From: Candidatus Obscuribacteraceae bacterium
GTDB lineage: Bacteria > Cyanobacteriota > Vampirovibrionia > Obscuribacterales > Obscuribacteraceae
Direction: 5' to 3'
Assembly: GCA_044226015.1 (NCBI GenBank)
Contig: JBGAHS010000009.1
Location: forward strand, 357,272 to 421,271
Length of the DNA stretch: 64,000 nt
Shown: positions 22,121-32,950 of the stretch, piece by piece
How positions within the stretch are numbered: position 1 is the stretch's first letter
How the letters are laid out: each line of letters opens with the position of its first letter
Position numbers and translations under genes: made by a program
Notes under the pieces: model-generated
Seen by the model: the letters and a program-made list of their open reading frames with translations, nothing else
Database searches by the model: none
What the model was told of the DNA's origin: nothing

Positions 22121-24478
22121 CTAAAGCTCAGCACTATATTGGTAAGCCGGAAGCATGAAGTCAAAGCCGCTGGAATTCATATTTTGCTGACTGATTGATT
22201 TCTCTATTAAGGCTGCTGCGTCCTTTCTATTGACTCCGGTCAACGCTTGAGCTTTTAGCATCAGGCAGTAATAGTGAAGCGCCATGTCATCAGTCTTTCG
22301 GAGTGACTCAAGCGCAATGTCTATCATCTCAAGACCTGCATCGTATTTCTTCTCTTGCAATAGTGCTAAAGCCTGAAGTGCGTAAAACTCAGCCTTTAGT
22401 GATGGGCGCTTAAGTGCTTGCTTCTTGTATTTGCTTATCAGGTCTTGTGCCTGAGCGATTTGATTCTTGTAAATGAGTATTCTTGCTAGCGTAGCTACGT
22501 GTCCGAAACGGTTTCCGTTTAGCGCGGGGTTATCCTTGATGTCCTCAATTGCTGCATCGGTTTTATCAGAGAGAACCTTTGTAACCGCAGCTGCATCGAT
22601 AAGGTCGTCGCTCAAAACTTCAAAGTTTTTGAAGTTCAGAGATGGAAAATTTTCGGCTTTGAGTGAGGCAATCAACGAGTTACAGCTATCGAGCGCAGCT
22701 GTGTACTTCTTTTCTGCGCAGAGGACTCTGGCTTTGAGGCAGGTCAAATAGATTGCAGCGTCTATGTCGTTTTCGTCCCAATCGCCTGGAGAAGTCGTGC
22801 TTAACGAATCATTTAGCACCTTATCGCATTTTGCGAGATCTGACTGAACGAGGAGTGCATCAACATAGCGCGAAAGAACCAGGCAATAGTATTTTCTTGC
22901 GAGTCCTTTGCTGTCTTTCAGTAAAGACATCGCAGCTAATTGATTTACTTGTGCTTCTGTCAACTTACCTGTGACTGTGGCTATATCAGCCATCTGCATG
23001 TGAGCCCGTGCTTTAATCAACAAATCGCTGCTGTCCTTGACGAGACCTTGCAAAATTTGTTTTGATTCGTTTAGTTTCCCTTGCTTCATCAGTAGATCGG
23101 AAAGTTCTAATTGCAGTCTTTCTTTTCCTGGCGCCAAAGACCCATCTGATAGATTTTGAACATACATAGAAGCTCGAATTTCCTTCTCTGCTTCTTTCCA
23201 ATCTGAAATGTGACTGTAGAGTCCGGCAAGCCCATAATGTGCCATGGCTAAAACCTCGTTGTCAATTGAGTTTGAGCCATCGGCGCGCTCTTCTGCGCGG
23301 GCAATAGCATTGCGATACAAGGCTCTGGCTTCGTCTTCATGGTGAAGAATTCTCAATTCATCAGCCTGTTTCAGCATAGCCAATGGTGAAATTACACGCT
23401 TCGTTTTGCTTTCTGTGAATTTCTTTCCTAGTGCAACTTCTCCAGGGTCTTTTCGTTCCGGACCTTTCCAAATCGCGTAAGTGACCAGGCCCATTAACAA
23501 AAACAAGATGACTAGCAGGGCGATTTTGAGTGGCTTTTCGTCATCTATTACAGGCTCATCTGGCAATTTCTCTTTTGCAAAAACAGTTGAAATCGACATG
23601 TTCATAGCACGCGGACGTTTCCCATCCAGAAATCGATTGAGGTCGAGTTTTAATTGATCCATCGATTCGTAGCGATCTTCTGGACGTTTAGCCATGCATT
23701 TGAAAACAATCTTTTCGACAGGTCCCGGAATCTTCAATTCAGGACAAGCTTTTTCAAATGATAAGGGGACTTCGCCGACTTGCTTTTGCAAGGTTTCCAT
23801 TAAGGTCTCACCCTTTAATGGTGGCTTGCCGGTTATACATGCGTACATGAGGCAACCGAAAGAATAGATATCAGTTCTTGTATCTACATCTCTGCCCATG
23901 CATTGCTCGGGGCTCATGTAGAGAGGGCTTCCGATAATTGCACCTTTTGCAGTCAGATTTTGCAGTTCTTGCCCCGAGCTTGGCAGAAGTTTTGCCAAAC
24001 CGAAATCACTGAGGTAAGCCTTTTCGCTTCCGTCCGAATCAATGCAAATTATGATATTTCCAGGCTTGATGCTGCGGTGCACCACCCCTAGTGCATGAGC
24101 CTGAGACAGTGCATCGGCAATTTCGATGAAAATTTTCCATGCGCGCGGCAAAATCAATCGACCCTGCTTCAAAATATCTGCCAGCGTTATGCCCTCGATG
24201 AAGTCCATCAATAGATACGGCTGGCCGTCAGCTGTTCTTTCGATTGCATGAACATGGACAATGTTGGGATGAGAAAGAAGCATTGCTGCTTTAGCTTCCT
24301 GCTCGAAACGCTTGAGTGAATCTTCCTTTTCTAAAAGATAGCTGTGCAGCAGTTTTACCGCATATATCTTGTTGTCGCTTAGTCTTTTGACCTTATAGAC
24401 AACACTAGAAGCTCCGTGACCCAGAGCTTCCAGAATTTCGAATTCACCAGCTAGCTGTTCTCCTACGAGCGAATTCAT
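22121..24478 (-). CDS. Ser/Thr kinase-like protein (probable pseudokinase) with TM and TPR
   Basis: YAVK, DFG and SPE present, but the catalytic loop reads HRSIKPGN. Confidence 0.88.
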   Translation of the reverse strand: MNSLVGEQLAGEFEILEALGHGASSVVYKVKRLSDNKIYAVKLLHSYLLEKEDSLKRFEQEAKAAMLLSHPNIVHVHAIERTADGQPYLLMDFIEGITLADILKQGRLILPRAWKIFIEIADALSQAHALGVVHRSIKPGNIIICIDSDGSEKAYLSDFGLAKLLPSSGQELQNLTAKGAIIGSPLYMSPEQCMGRDVDTRTDIYSFGCLMYACITGKPPLKGETLMETLQKQVGEVPLSFEKACPELKIPGPVEKIVFKCMAKRPEDRYESMDQLKLDLNRFLDGKRPRAMNMSISTVFAKEKLPDEPVIDDEKPLKIALLVILFLLMGLVTYAIWKGPERKDPGEVALGKKFTESKTKRVISPLAMLKQADELRILHHEDEARALYRNAIARAEERADGSNSIDNEVLAMAHYGLAGLYSHISDWKEAEKEIRASMYVQNLSDGSLAPGKERLQLELSDLLMKQGKLNESKQILQGLVKDSSDLLIKARAHMQMADIATVTGKLTEAQVNQLAAMSLLKDSKGLARKYYCLVLSRYVDALLVQSDLAKCDKVLNDSLSTTSPGDWDENDIDAAIYLTCLKARVLCAEKKYTAALDSCNSLIASLKAENFPSLNFKNFEVLSDDLIDAAAVTKVLSDKTDAAIEDIKDNPALNGNRFGHVATLARILIYKNQIAQAQDLISKYKKQALKRPSLKAEFYALQALALLQEKKYDAGLEMIDIALESLRKTDDMALHYYCLMLKAQALTGVNRKDAAALIEKSISQQNMNSSGFDFMLPAYQYSAEL

Positions 24479-24514
24479 CTGTTTTATTCACCTTGTAGCA
24501 ATAAGAGCATTTGC

Positions 24515-25477
24515 TCAGCATTGAACAGTAGAGCGCTCGTTGTCGCGTGTTAACTCGTTGCGATACCACTCGATAGTGCGACTGAGACCTGTTCTGAGAT
24601 CAACTTTCGGAGACCAGTTGAGCAGCTTTTTCGCGCGAGTAATATCAGGAAGTCTTCTTTGCGGATCGTCCTTAGGCAACGGTTCAAAGCGAATTGGATT
24701 GGGAACGTTTGTTAGTTCTTTAACTATACTGGCGAGTTCAAGAACTGTCTTTTCATCTGGGTTGCCGATGTTAACAGGTTCATGAAAATCCACTTCCATA
24801 AGGGCCCGAATTCCATCAACGAGGTCAGACACGTATTGGAAGCTGCGGGTCTGCTTTCCTTCACCGTAAATAGTTAGTTCTTGTCCAGTTATAGCTTGCT
24901 TTATGAAGGAAGAAACCACACGCCCATCGTCTGGACGGAGGCGTGGTCCATAGCAATTGAATATGCGCACGATGCGTGTATCCAGTGCGTGTTTGTTGTG
25001 ATAAGCCATCGTCAGAGCTTCGGCAAATCTCTTAGCTTCGTCGTATACACCACGAGGTCCAATCGGATTCACATTACCCCAGTACTCTTCTGGCTGAGGA
25101 TGCAGCAATGGGTCGCCGTACACTTCTGAAGTGCTTGCAAGAAAATACTTCGCTTTCTTAGCAAGTGCGAGTCCCAGTGTATTGTGAGTTCCCAGCGAAT
25201 TTACCTTCAGTGTCTCGATGGGCAGATTCAAATAGTCTATGGGGCTTGCCGGGCTCGCGAAGTGAATTACCCAGTCAATATCACCGATCAGGTGAATGTG
25301 ATTGCTCACATTATGGTGAATGAATTCGAACTTTGTATTAGACATGTGCCTGGCAATGTTATTAAAATTGCCCGTCAGCAAATTGTCCATCACAAGGACG
25401 TTGTGACCTTCTTCCAGCAATCTATCTGTAAAATGAGAGCCGATGAAACCGGCTCCACCAGTTACTAAAACCCTCAC
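24515..25477 (-). CDS. uxs: UDP-glucuronate decarboxylase (UDP-xylose synthase)
   Basis: [34 protein letters not shown]. Confidence 0.9.
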   Translation of the reverse strand: MRVLVTGGAGFIGSHFTDRLLEEGHNVLVMDNLLTGNFNNIARHMSNTKFEFIHHNVSNHIHLIGDIDWVIHFASPASPIDYLNLPIETLKVNSLGTHNTLGLALAKKAKYFLASTSEVYGDPLLHPQPEEYWGNVNPIGPRGVYDEAKRFAEALTMAYHNKHALDTRIVRIFNCYGPRLRPDDGRVVSSFIKQAITGQELTIYGEGKQTRSFQYVSDLVDGIRALMEVDFHEPVNIGNPDEKTVLELASIVKELTNVPNPIRFEPLPKDDPQRRLPDITRAKKLLNWSPKVDLRTGLSRTIEWYRNELTRDNERSTVQC

Positions 25478-26874
25478 AGTCCGATTCCTCTGTAGGTGAA
25501 TCCGTGCGAGCTGAGTTCTTGCTGTGAAAGGAAATTTCTGCCGTCGATAATAAGCTTGTTTTTCATTGAGGAAGCAATTGCCTTCCAGTCAAGTCTGCTG
25601 AACTCAGCCCATTCTGTAACCAGCACCAGTGCATCAGCATCTTTTGCTAGAGAAACGGGAGAGTCGCAATACTCGAGGTTAAGTTCTGGATGTTGTGCTT
25701 TGCACGCATGAATTGCGACCGGGTCATATGCTCTGACGTGCGCGCCCATTTTGCAAAGTGCGGCAGCTATGGTCAGGCTGGCAGCGTCACGAAGGTCATC
25801 AGTGTTCGGCTTGAATGACAGACCGAGCAATCCAATTGTGCGACCCTTGATGATCTTCAACTCGTCCTGCAGCTTTTTGATGGCGACATGGCGTTGGTTC
25901 TTGTTCACGTTGATTGTGGCTTCAAGTAGCGGCGTAGGCGAACCATACTCGCGCGCAACTTCTATTAGCGCATGAACGTCCTTCCCGAAGCAACTTCCGC
26001 CCCAGCCGATGCCAGCGTTTAGAAATGCAGTTCCGATTCTTTTGTCGAGTCCTATTCCTCGAGCAACTTCACGTATGTCGGCTCCGACTCTTTCGCAGAT
26101 GCCGGACATTTCATTGGCAAAGCTTATTTTCATTGCTAAAAAAGCATTTGCAGAGTATTTGATCATTTCTGCGGAAGCCAGGTCGGTCACCACGAATGGT
26201 ACCATTCCGAAACCAGCCGGACGCGGTGCTGGCTCTGGAGCAGAAAATGTCTGCTCGACCAGAGGGCGGTAAAGCTCTTTCATGCGCTCGACAGCTTCAG
26301 GGTCTCCTGAGCCGACGACGACGCGGTCTGGGTAGAAAGTGTCATGCAAGGCGCTGCCTTCACGCAAAAATTCCGGGTTGCTGACTACGCTGAAGCTGAC
26401 TGGCTCAGGTTTCGACGCTGCTGATGCACCGGCTGGAACAGCTTGCATCGCTTGTGTGCCCTGACTTACCAGCATTTCAACCCAGTTGCCTGAACCGACT
26501 GGAACTGTCGATTTGTTGACAATGATTCTTTTCCTGCTGCTGTCGAGGCTCGAACCTATCGCCTTAGCGACCGCTACTACAGCTGACATATCAGGTTCGC
26601 CACTTGGCAATGGTGGGGTGCCAACGCAGATAAATATAATCTCGGACTTCTTCACTCCTTCAGCGATACTGTCAGAAAAACTCAACAAACTAGTATTGCT
26701 ATGCGTCTTCAGCAGTTCTGAGACGCCAGGTTCGTAGAACGGACAGTCCCCTGCTTTGAGCATGTTGAGCTTATTCTTGTCAGCTTCAATTACAGTGACC
26801 TTATGACCTAAATGAGCCAGGCTGCAGCTAGTTACGAGCCCGACATATCCTGCACCAATTACACAAACTTCCAC
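25474..26874 (-). CDS. ugd: UDP-glucose 6-dehydrogenase
   Basis: [33 protein letters not shown]. Confidence 0.95.
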   Translation of the reverse strand: MEVCVIGAGYVGLVTSCSLAHLGHKVTVIEADKNKLNMLKAGDCPFYEPGVSELLKTHSNTSLLSFSDSIAEGVKKSEIIFICVGTPPLPSGEPDMSAVVAVAKAIGSSLDSSRKRIIVNKSTVPVGSGNWVEMLVSQGTQAMQAVPAGASAASKPEPVSFSVVSNPEFLREGSALHDTFYPDRVVVGSGDPEAVERMKELYRPLVEQTFSAPEPAPRPAGFGMVPFVVTDLASAEMIKYSANAFLAMKISFANEMSGICERVGADIREVARGIGLDKRIGTAFLNAGIGWGGSCFGKDVHALIEVAREYGSPTPLLEATINVNKNQRHVAIKKLQDELKIIKGRTIGLLGLSFKPNTDDLRDAASLTIAAALCKMGAHVRAYDPVAIHACKAQHPELNLEYCDSPVSLAKDADALVLVTEWAEFSRLDWKAIASSMKNKLIIDGRNFLSQQELSSHGFTYRGIGL

Positions 26875-27007
26875 GGTTAATAACTTCCAGTCTGAAAACG
26901 ACCTTCAAATATAACAATAAGCAGCCCTAAATGTCAGATAACTAAAGCTTGTGTTAGCGTCTTGTCACCCTGAATTTTACTAATCTGATTGTATGAATTG
27001 AGTAAAT

Positions 27008-27808
27008 ATGAGTTCTTCTGAGATTTCTGAATTTATCAAAACAATTGCTCGTTTGCGTGCTCCAGACGGTTGTCCGTGGGATCGTGAGCAGGATCACAAG
27101 AGTTTGGTTCGCTATTTACTGGAGGAAGCCTACGAGGTGGTCGAGGCTATCCACGAGGAAGATCCCAAAAAGCTGAAAGAAGAGCTTGGCGATCTTTTAT
27201 TGCAGATTGTGCTGCACGCGCAGATTGCCAGTGAACGAGAAGAATTCGATATGGAATCGATCGCCGCTGGTATCAACGCCAAAATGATTTATCGGCATCC
27301 ACATGTTTTCGCTGAGAAAAAAGTGGGCACCGCCGGTGAGGTCGTGCAACAGTGGGAAGAATTGAAAAAGGCTGAGGCAGAGAAAAAGGGCGAGAAGAAA
27401 TCGTCAGTCGATAGCGTTCCCAATGCATTGCCTGCGCTCTTAAAAAGTCTGAAAGTTTCAGAGAAAGCTGTTGGCGAGGGCTTCGAGTGGCATGATTTTG
27501 ATGAACTCTGGAAAAAGTTCATTTCAGAAATAGATGAGCTGAAAGAAGCACTTGATGCCCCAGACGGGCCCGAGCGCCAGTCTGAGATAGAGCTGGAACT
27601 TGGCGATGTTTTATTCTGTCTTGTCAATGTTGCCAGATGGAATAAGCTGAACCCAGAGGAATCACTGTTGCGAGCTATTGAGAAATTCCGCAAGCGATAT
27701 CGCATGATGGAAGAGCTTTCAGATGTCCCATTGAGCAGCCTTAGCAAGGATGAACTCGGTCAATTGTGGAACGAGTCAAAGAAGCGATTTCAGAATTCAC
27801 ACTTCTAA
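27008..27808 (+). CDS. mazG: Nucleoside triphosphate pyrophosphohydrolase
   Basis: GCPWDREQ, EELGDLLLQ, and a second ELGDVLF domain. Confidence 0.95.
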   Translation: MSSSEISEFIKTIARLRAPDGCPWDREQDHKSLVRYLLEEAYEVVEAIHEEDPKKLKEELGDLLLQIVLHAQIASEREEFDMESIAAGINAKMIYRHPHVFAEKKVGTAGEVVQQWEELKKAEAEKKGEKKSSVDSVPNALPALLKSLKVSEKAVGEGFEWHDFDELWKKFISEIDELKEALDAPDGPERQSEIELELGDVLFCLVNVARWNKLNPEESLLRAIEKFRKRYRMMEELSDVPLSSLSKDELGQLWNESKKRFQNSHF

Positions 27809-29571
27809 TGATATAGTCGGGTAATTCTTTGGATGTCACTCGTGGTGATACCACGGGGTTTTATCAAACGCTGTGAAAAGAACATGATATCTTCGGGGTC
27901 GGGACAGTGTGCCAAGCCCAGTGCGTGCCCTATCTCGTGCGTTGCCGTTTCGGCAAAACGTCGGGCGGCATCGGCGTCATCATCACAGGGAACAACCAGA
28001 TTGACCTGGCAATGCAGACCACCTTTTGAGTTCATTGAAAATTGCGTCATGCCGGACGCAGAGCTATGTTCAGGAATTCTTTCTTGATCGTTATACCAGA
28101 CCACTTGAATGTAAGGTTTGCTCAAGTCGATCATGTATTGCATGTCGAGGTCGCGAATAAATTGAAACGAGACCTTATGGTAAGAGGATTGTTCCCACGC
28201 TGTGCAACCATTTATAAGCAGTTGAGTGAAGTCGACATTTCGAGGCGGTCGCTTCTGCCAGTTTGCCGATGCCCGATTTAAATCGGGAATGTAAACAACA
28301 ATTGGCATTGCATTGAACATTTTATTGTCGTTTAGTTGTTTTGTCGTCAGAGCCTGGATATCTTGCTGAGTCATTTCCGGTCCTACGCGAGGGTCATTAG
28401 GAAAGTACGAAGCAAATTTTTTCTGGATGTAATTTCTCTCCTGCAATTTTCCCAATTCCTGATAATCGCTCATTATTCTAATCATGTAATCAGGATTGCC
28501 AGGCGAAAGTCTGTCAGCTTCAATGAACAAATTCAGCGCTTCTTCGTGCTTACCGACGGCATCTAGAAGAATGCCCTTTCCATAATATGTATCAGCCGCA
28601 AATGGCTGTCGTCGCTCTAATTCTGTAGCAAGTTTGACTGCTGTATTTAAGTGTTTTGATTCCACTGCAGTGATTAGTCCGAACAAAAGTTCTTCATCAG
28701 TGGCAATTTTTGCAAAGGATGGTGCTGCTGCTTGTTCACTTCCCATCAGAACCAGCAAACCTGCAACTCCTTGCTTTCGTTCCATGTCTTTAGCTGACCA
28801 GCTCACACTCGTGAGTAATTTGCCGGCACTTTCATTGTCACCAAGCATTATGTATGAACGTGCCAATTCCACTTTTGCTAACTTGCTTGAAGGATCGAGC
28901 TCAAGGGCTCGACTAAAATAAGTTTTTGCCAGGCGCCACGAAGGCAAATGTTCTGCGCAGACCCCCAAGTTATACTGTAGAACAAATCTATTAGGCAGTA
29001 GTTCTGCAGCAGCTTTGAAGTGAATGTAAGCATCTGAATATTTCTGTTCGTGTGCCGCCTCTACTCCTTCTTTCTCCAGAGCCAGTCCCATCTTGTTTGC
29101 TCCGGGCTTCGAAAAAGCCGTAAGCGTGAAGTCAACAGGAATGTTGGAATGATAGTAAATTGGATAATTTCTATAGTTGGCACTTGGCTCAGATAGGCTA
29201 CGATTTGTGGTACTGCTGATAGTGCCAGGAGTGGCAGGAAGTGGAGTCCAGGTCTGTTTAGCTTTCACCTTAGGCTTGAGAGGCGCACTTGAATTTGTAA
29301 TCTGCCAGTTGGCTGAGTTTGAAAAGTTGAATTCTGCTGGACTTGAAGTTTTATCCGAGCGTTCAAGACCACCTGGCTTATCCTCGTTGCTTGATTTACT
29401 TGAAGCTTTGTTCTCAGCGCTGGCGCTGGCCTCTTTGCCAGTCGAGCTGCTTGTTTGAGTATTCTGCTGCGCAAGCAGCCGGACTGGGGTCAATTCTTCT
29501 GCGCTGGCTGCTCTCGACGTGACCGCAAATGCTAGAGCAAAAAACAATAGTAGTGATAGACGCGTGGTCAT
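27805..29571 (-). CDS. Secreted TPR protein with C-terminal matrixin (M10) metallopeptidase
   Basis: Signal peptide, TPR-like repeats, HEIGHALGLAH and Met-turn DIM. Confidence 0.85.
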   Translation of the reverse strand: MTTRLSLLLFFALAFAVTSRAASAEELTPVRLLAQQNTQTSSSTGKEASASAENKASSKSSNEDKPGGLERSDKTSSPAEFNFSNSANWQITNSSAPLKPKVKAKQTWTPLPATPGTISSTTNRSLSEPSANYRNYPIYYHSNIPVDFTLTAFSKPGANKMGLALEKEGVEAAHEQKYSDAYIHFKAAAELLPNRFVLQYNLGVCAEHLPSWRLAKTYFSRALELDPSSKLAKVELARSYIMLGDNESAGKLLTSVSWSAKDMERKQGVAGLLVLMGSEQAAAPSFAKIATDEELLFGLITAVESKHLNTAVKLATELERRQPFAADTYYGKGILLDAVGKHEEALNLFIEADRLSPGNPDYMIRIMSDYQELGKLQERNYIQKKFASYFPNDPRVGPEMTQQDIQALTTKQLNDNKMFNAMPIVVYIPDLNRASANWQKRPPRNVDFTQLLINGCTAWEQSSYHKVSFQFIRDLDMQYMIDLSKPYIQVVWYNDQERIPEHSSASGMTQFSMNSKGGLHCQVNLVVPCDDDADAARRFAETATHEIGHALGLAHCPDPEDIMFFSQRLIKPRGITTSDIQRITRLYH

Positions 29572-29729
29572 CGACCGCTGTACCTGGGAGTGTTATTTAT
29601 ACATTTTATTATGAATAGGATATCTCTGCTTTCAGATTCCGCTGCCCGAAACTATTCCTTTACAAGCTTTCCGCGCTATGCTCTTCCCCAATGATGTAAA
29701 CTCATTGTGCCGAATATAAGGAAGAGCTT

Positions 29730-30848
29730 TTGCTTCTATCTAGCAACGAGTCGAAATTTGTCAAGATTGGTGGGCATGACTACCTTTATTTCGGTGGTAC
29801 CAACTATCTTGGGCTTGCTCATAGAGAGGAATTACTTGCTGTTTTGCAAAGTTGTTTCAATGACTTCGGGTTTAGTTCAGGAGCTTCAAGACTTACTTCC
29901 GGCGAAAACGATGTCTTGATTGCGCTTGAGCACGAGCTTGCCGATTTCTGTAATTCTGAATCAGCTGTGTCATTGCCTGCTGGTTACATGGCTAATCAGG
30001 CGGCTCTTGAAGCTCTGGATGCTGACATAGACGTTTGGATAATATCGACAAGAGCGCACTCAAGTATTTGTTCGGCAGTTAAACACAGCAAAGCCAGAGT
30101 TATCAGAACCGATGTGGCGGACTTTTATGAATGCCAAGAAAGCTTGCGTACAAAGTTCAAGGTCGATAAATCTCAGAGAGTGGGTATGTTCGCTGAGCCA
30201 ATCGACGCACTCACAGGAAAAGTACAGCCAATTCAAAAGTTGCTTGAGCAGTTAGAGGACTGCGATTATCTTGTATTAGATGAATGCCAATCTATTGGAG
30301 TTCTAGGAGCCTCTGGTAAAGGTGCTCTGGAGGAGTTCTCTCTAGCACCCCAAGCCAATGTGCTAAGGACTGGAACCTTTAGCAAGGCTTTCGGCACTTA
30401 CGGTGGTTTCGTGCTTGCAGCTTCTTCTATCATTTATCAATTGAAGGCAAAATCTGATGGGTACAGGGGAAGTACCTCTCTACCTCCGCCTTTATGCGCA
30501 GCCAGCCGAGAAGCGGTTCGCTTACTAAAGGAAAATCCATTGGACACCGTTTCTAAGCTGAAAGATAACATCGCATACTTGAATGCCTTGTTCGGCGAGT
30601 CTGCTGTTTTATCAGAGGCATTAAACTGGCCAAGCCAGTATGCCTTTCAATCAACACCAATATATTATTTGCTTGGCTTTTCTGATGTCTCAGAACGACG
30701 AAAGAAGCTATTAGATCACTCTATCTATGTTCCTTCAATGGCTAACTATTTCAATGATGGAAAAGAATCAGGCTTCCGATTTACTATTCAGTCGGGTCAT
30801 GAGAAGGATGACCTGGCGAGATTGGTAAAAGGTCTTGAAGATCTCTAG
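29730..30848 (+). CDS. PLP-dependent alpha-oxoamine synthase (BioF/Kbl-like)
   Basis: NYLGL, ASRL, GTFSKAFG (PLP lysine); DECQ replaces the usual DEAH. Confidence 0.8.
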   Translation: MLLSSNESKFVKIGGHDYLYFGGTNYLGLAHREELLAVLQSCFNDFGFSSGASRLTSGENDVLIALEHELADFCNSESAVSLPAGYMANQAALEALDADIDVWIISTRAHSSICSAVKHSKARVIRTDVADFYECQESLRTKFKVDKSQRVGMFAEPIDALTGKVQPIQKLLEQLEDCDYLVLDECQSIGVLGASGKGALEEFSLAPQANVLRTGTFSKAFGTYGGFVLAASSIIYQLKAKSDGYRGSTSLPPPLCAASREAVRLLKENPLDTVSKLKDNIAYLNALFGESAVLSEALNWPSQYAFQSTPIYYLLGFSDVSERRKKLLDHSIYVPSMANYFNDGKESGFRFTIQSGHEKDDLARLVKGLEDL

Positions 30849-30858
30849 CTAAGAAGAA

Positions 30859-31755
30859 TTAAAGTGTTGGCACCGTCGTTTGCTGTGCAATTGGACGAGC
30901 TGCATTCGCATCTTTGCGTTCTTGACCGCGAATTATCTCTTCTTTTTTACTGAATTTTGAAATCTTTAGAGGAACGTTGCTGTCCAGGCTTAAATCGACA
31001 TAGTCAATGTTTTGTTTTTCCAGTGATACCAACACTGGTAGCACAGATGAAAGTCGAGCGAGCCGTTTTGAAAGCATCGAATCTGGTGCGCCCAGGTGCA
31101 AACAAAGTTCTCCTGTTTTTACTTCGACATTGTTTTGCTTTCTCATGTCGACGTACTCAACAGGATTTTTTGTTTGAGCAGAAATGAAATTGACCCAATT
31201 TGACCATTGAGCCACAGTCCTCTGATTGAACGCTTCTTCAGGCTTTCCATAAATTCTTAGTGTTGGTTGCGGCACTGTTGGAAATTGCGACAGTGGTATG
31301 AACCTTCCAGTTTGCGAAATCACATGGGTGACTGGTTGATCTGGGGCTAGGGCGTAGGACGCCCATGGAAACTCCTCCATAACTTCAACAATGAGGTGTG
31401 GTCTGGGGAAGAGGTAGCGGCGAACAAATGCTCTTTGTACATCCGGCAGAGTCGCAACTTGTTTTTCCAGTTCTTTTGGATTCAATGTATATATCGGTCT
31501 TTGCAATGACGATAACAATGCTCGGCGAACCTGTTTGGACGAAGTTACTTCATTACCAGCTACTTTTATATCTGTTTCGGGATCAGCCACGCTCCAGCTG
31601 ACCTTTATAAAGCCTGTAATACCGGCCGCCAGCAAAGCTACCAGGAATGTATATCTGAAAATTTGTCGGCGTGTGCGAGCTATGCGCGCCATCTTGCGCT
31701 TTTCCCGGCGTCCGCGAATTCTACCAGCTCGTTCTTCCAAATAAACCTTTAGCAT
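30859..31755 (-). CDS. ftsQ: FtsQ/DivIB-like cell division protein
   Basis: Basic N-terminus, TM, POTRA-like VAGN...LPDVQRAFVRR, YVDMR/YVDL. Confidence 0.7.
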   Translation of the reverse strand: MLKVYLEERAGRIRGRREKRKMARIARTRRQIFRYTFLVALLAAGITGFIKVSWSVADPETDIKVAGNEVTSSKQVRRALLSSLQRPIYTLNPKELEKQVATLPDVQRAFVRRYLFPRPHLIVEVMEEFPWASYALAPDQPVTHVISQTGRFIPLSQFPTVPQPTLRIYGKPEEAFNQRTVAQWSNWVNFISAQTKNPVEYVDMRKQNNVEVKTGELCLHLGAPDSMLSKRLARLSSVLPVLVSLEKQNIDYVDLSLDSNVPLKISKFSKKEEIIRGQERKDANAARPIAQQTTVPTL

Positions 31756-32735
31756 TAAGCAGAAGTCTCCAGATTTAAAGAACGCAGATCTATTTGACCT
31801 TCAAAAACTAATTTGGCTGGTCCATTTATCTGAACGTGATTATTGCGTTCATTCCAGAATATTTCAAGGACGCCACCATCGAGTTCAACTTTTACCGTGC
31901 GCTCGGTTTTCGATTCGAGAACAGCGGCTACTGCCACGGCAGCTGCACCGCTGCCGCATGCCAACGTGCGACCGCAACCTCGCTCAAACACTACGACTTT
32001 CAGCTCTTGTCTCGACTTTAATTTGACGAATTCGACGTTAACCCCATCAGGAAAAAATGGGTGTGCTTGCAAATATGTCGCTGCCTTTTCCAGCTCGCTG
32101 CAATCTATGTCATCGACATACACAATGCAGTGTGGATTGCCCATGTTGACGCAGCTGATCGTATATTTCAGAGTTCCGAAATCAATATCAGCTGCCACCA
32201 CCTTTTCAGCGTTGGCAGCGAGTTCTGACTTGGCTGCTTTGAGGCAAACTGGAATTTCTTCTGGTATCAGATTTGGTTCACCCAGATCGGTACTTATCGA
32301 ATTTGGACTTTCAAACCTGATCTCGACAGGACCCTTTCCAGTCTCGACGAAGTAGTTCTTGGAAGGCGCCCAGTGCTTCAGTTCCGCCCAGAGCGCCAGG
32401 CATCTGAGACCGTTCCCACACATCAAAGATATAGAGCCGTCACTATTTAGATATGTCCAGGATAGGCGCTCTTTGCTGCTTCCTTTTCTAACAACGATAA
32501 ATCCGTCAGCACCGATTCCAAAATTTCTTGAGCAGAGCTTTTCTGCAAGTGCTGAAAGAAACTCATCTTTTGCGGCGTTGCTTTCGAATAAGTAGGCGCT
32601 CAATGCACGCTCTAACTCATCTTCGCTAACGAGCACAAAGTCGTTTCCGAGCCCTTGCATCTTGCAAAACGAAAGAAGAGCCTTTGACTCGCCTGTGCTG
32701 AGATCAGCTTCAAGCCTGGAATTCACCATTACCAT
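31755..32735 (-). CDS. dapF: Diaminopimelate epimerase
   Basis: KMQGLGNDF, MCGNGLRC, GNPHC, ERGCGRTLACGSG. Confidence 0.95.
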   Translation of the reverse strand: MVMVNSRLEADLSTGESKALLSFCKMQGLGNDFVLVSEDELERALSAYLFESNAAKDEFLSALAEKLCSRNFGIGADGFIVVRKGSSKERLSWTYLNSDGSISLMCGNGLRCLALWAELKHWAPSKNYFVETGKGPVEIRFESPNSISTDLGEPNLIPEEIPVCLKAAKSELAANAEKVVAADIDFGTLKYTISCVNMGNPHCIVYVDDIDCSELEKAATYLQAHPFFPDGVNVEFVKLKSRQELKVVVFERGCGRTLACGSGAAAVAVAAVLESKTERTVKVELDGGVLEIFWNERNNHVQINGPAKLVFEGQIDLRSLNLETSA

Positions 32736-32950
32736 GCGGGAACCTAGCAAACTTACCCAAAATGCCGTCGAATTTGAAAAACAAAGATTCAAACCAGGGC
32801 TAGGAGAATTATAACCAAGCTTCCTTGACATGGTTCAAAGCTTGATATTTATTCACCTCTAAGCATCATGCGAAGTGGGACTTTCCCCATGAGATACTAT
32901 TATCCTGAGCAGCGAAATGTTCTTGCTGACAATGCTTTGGGCTTTTCTAA

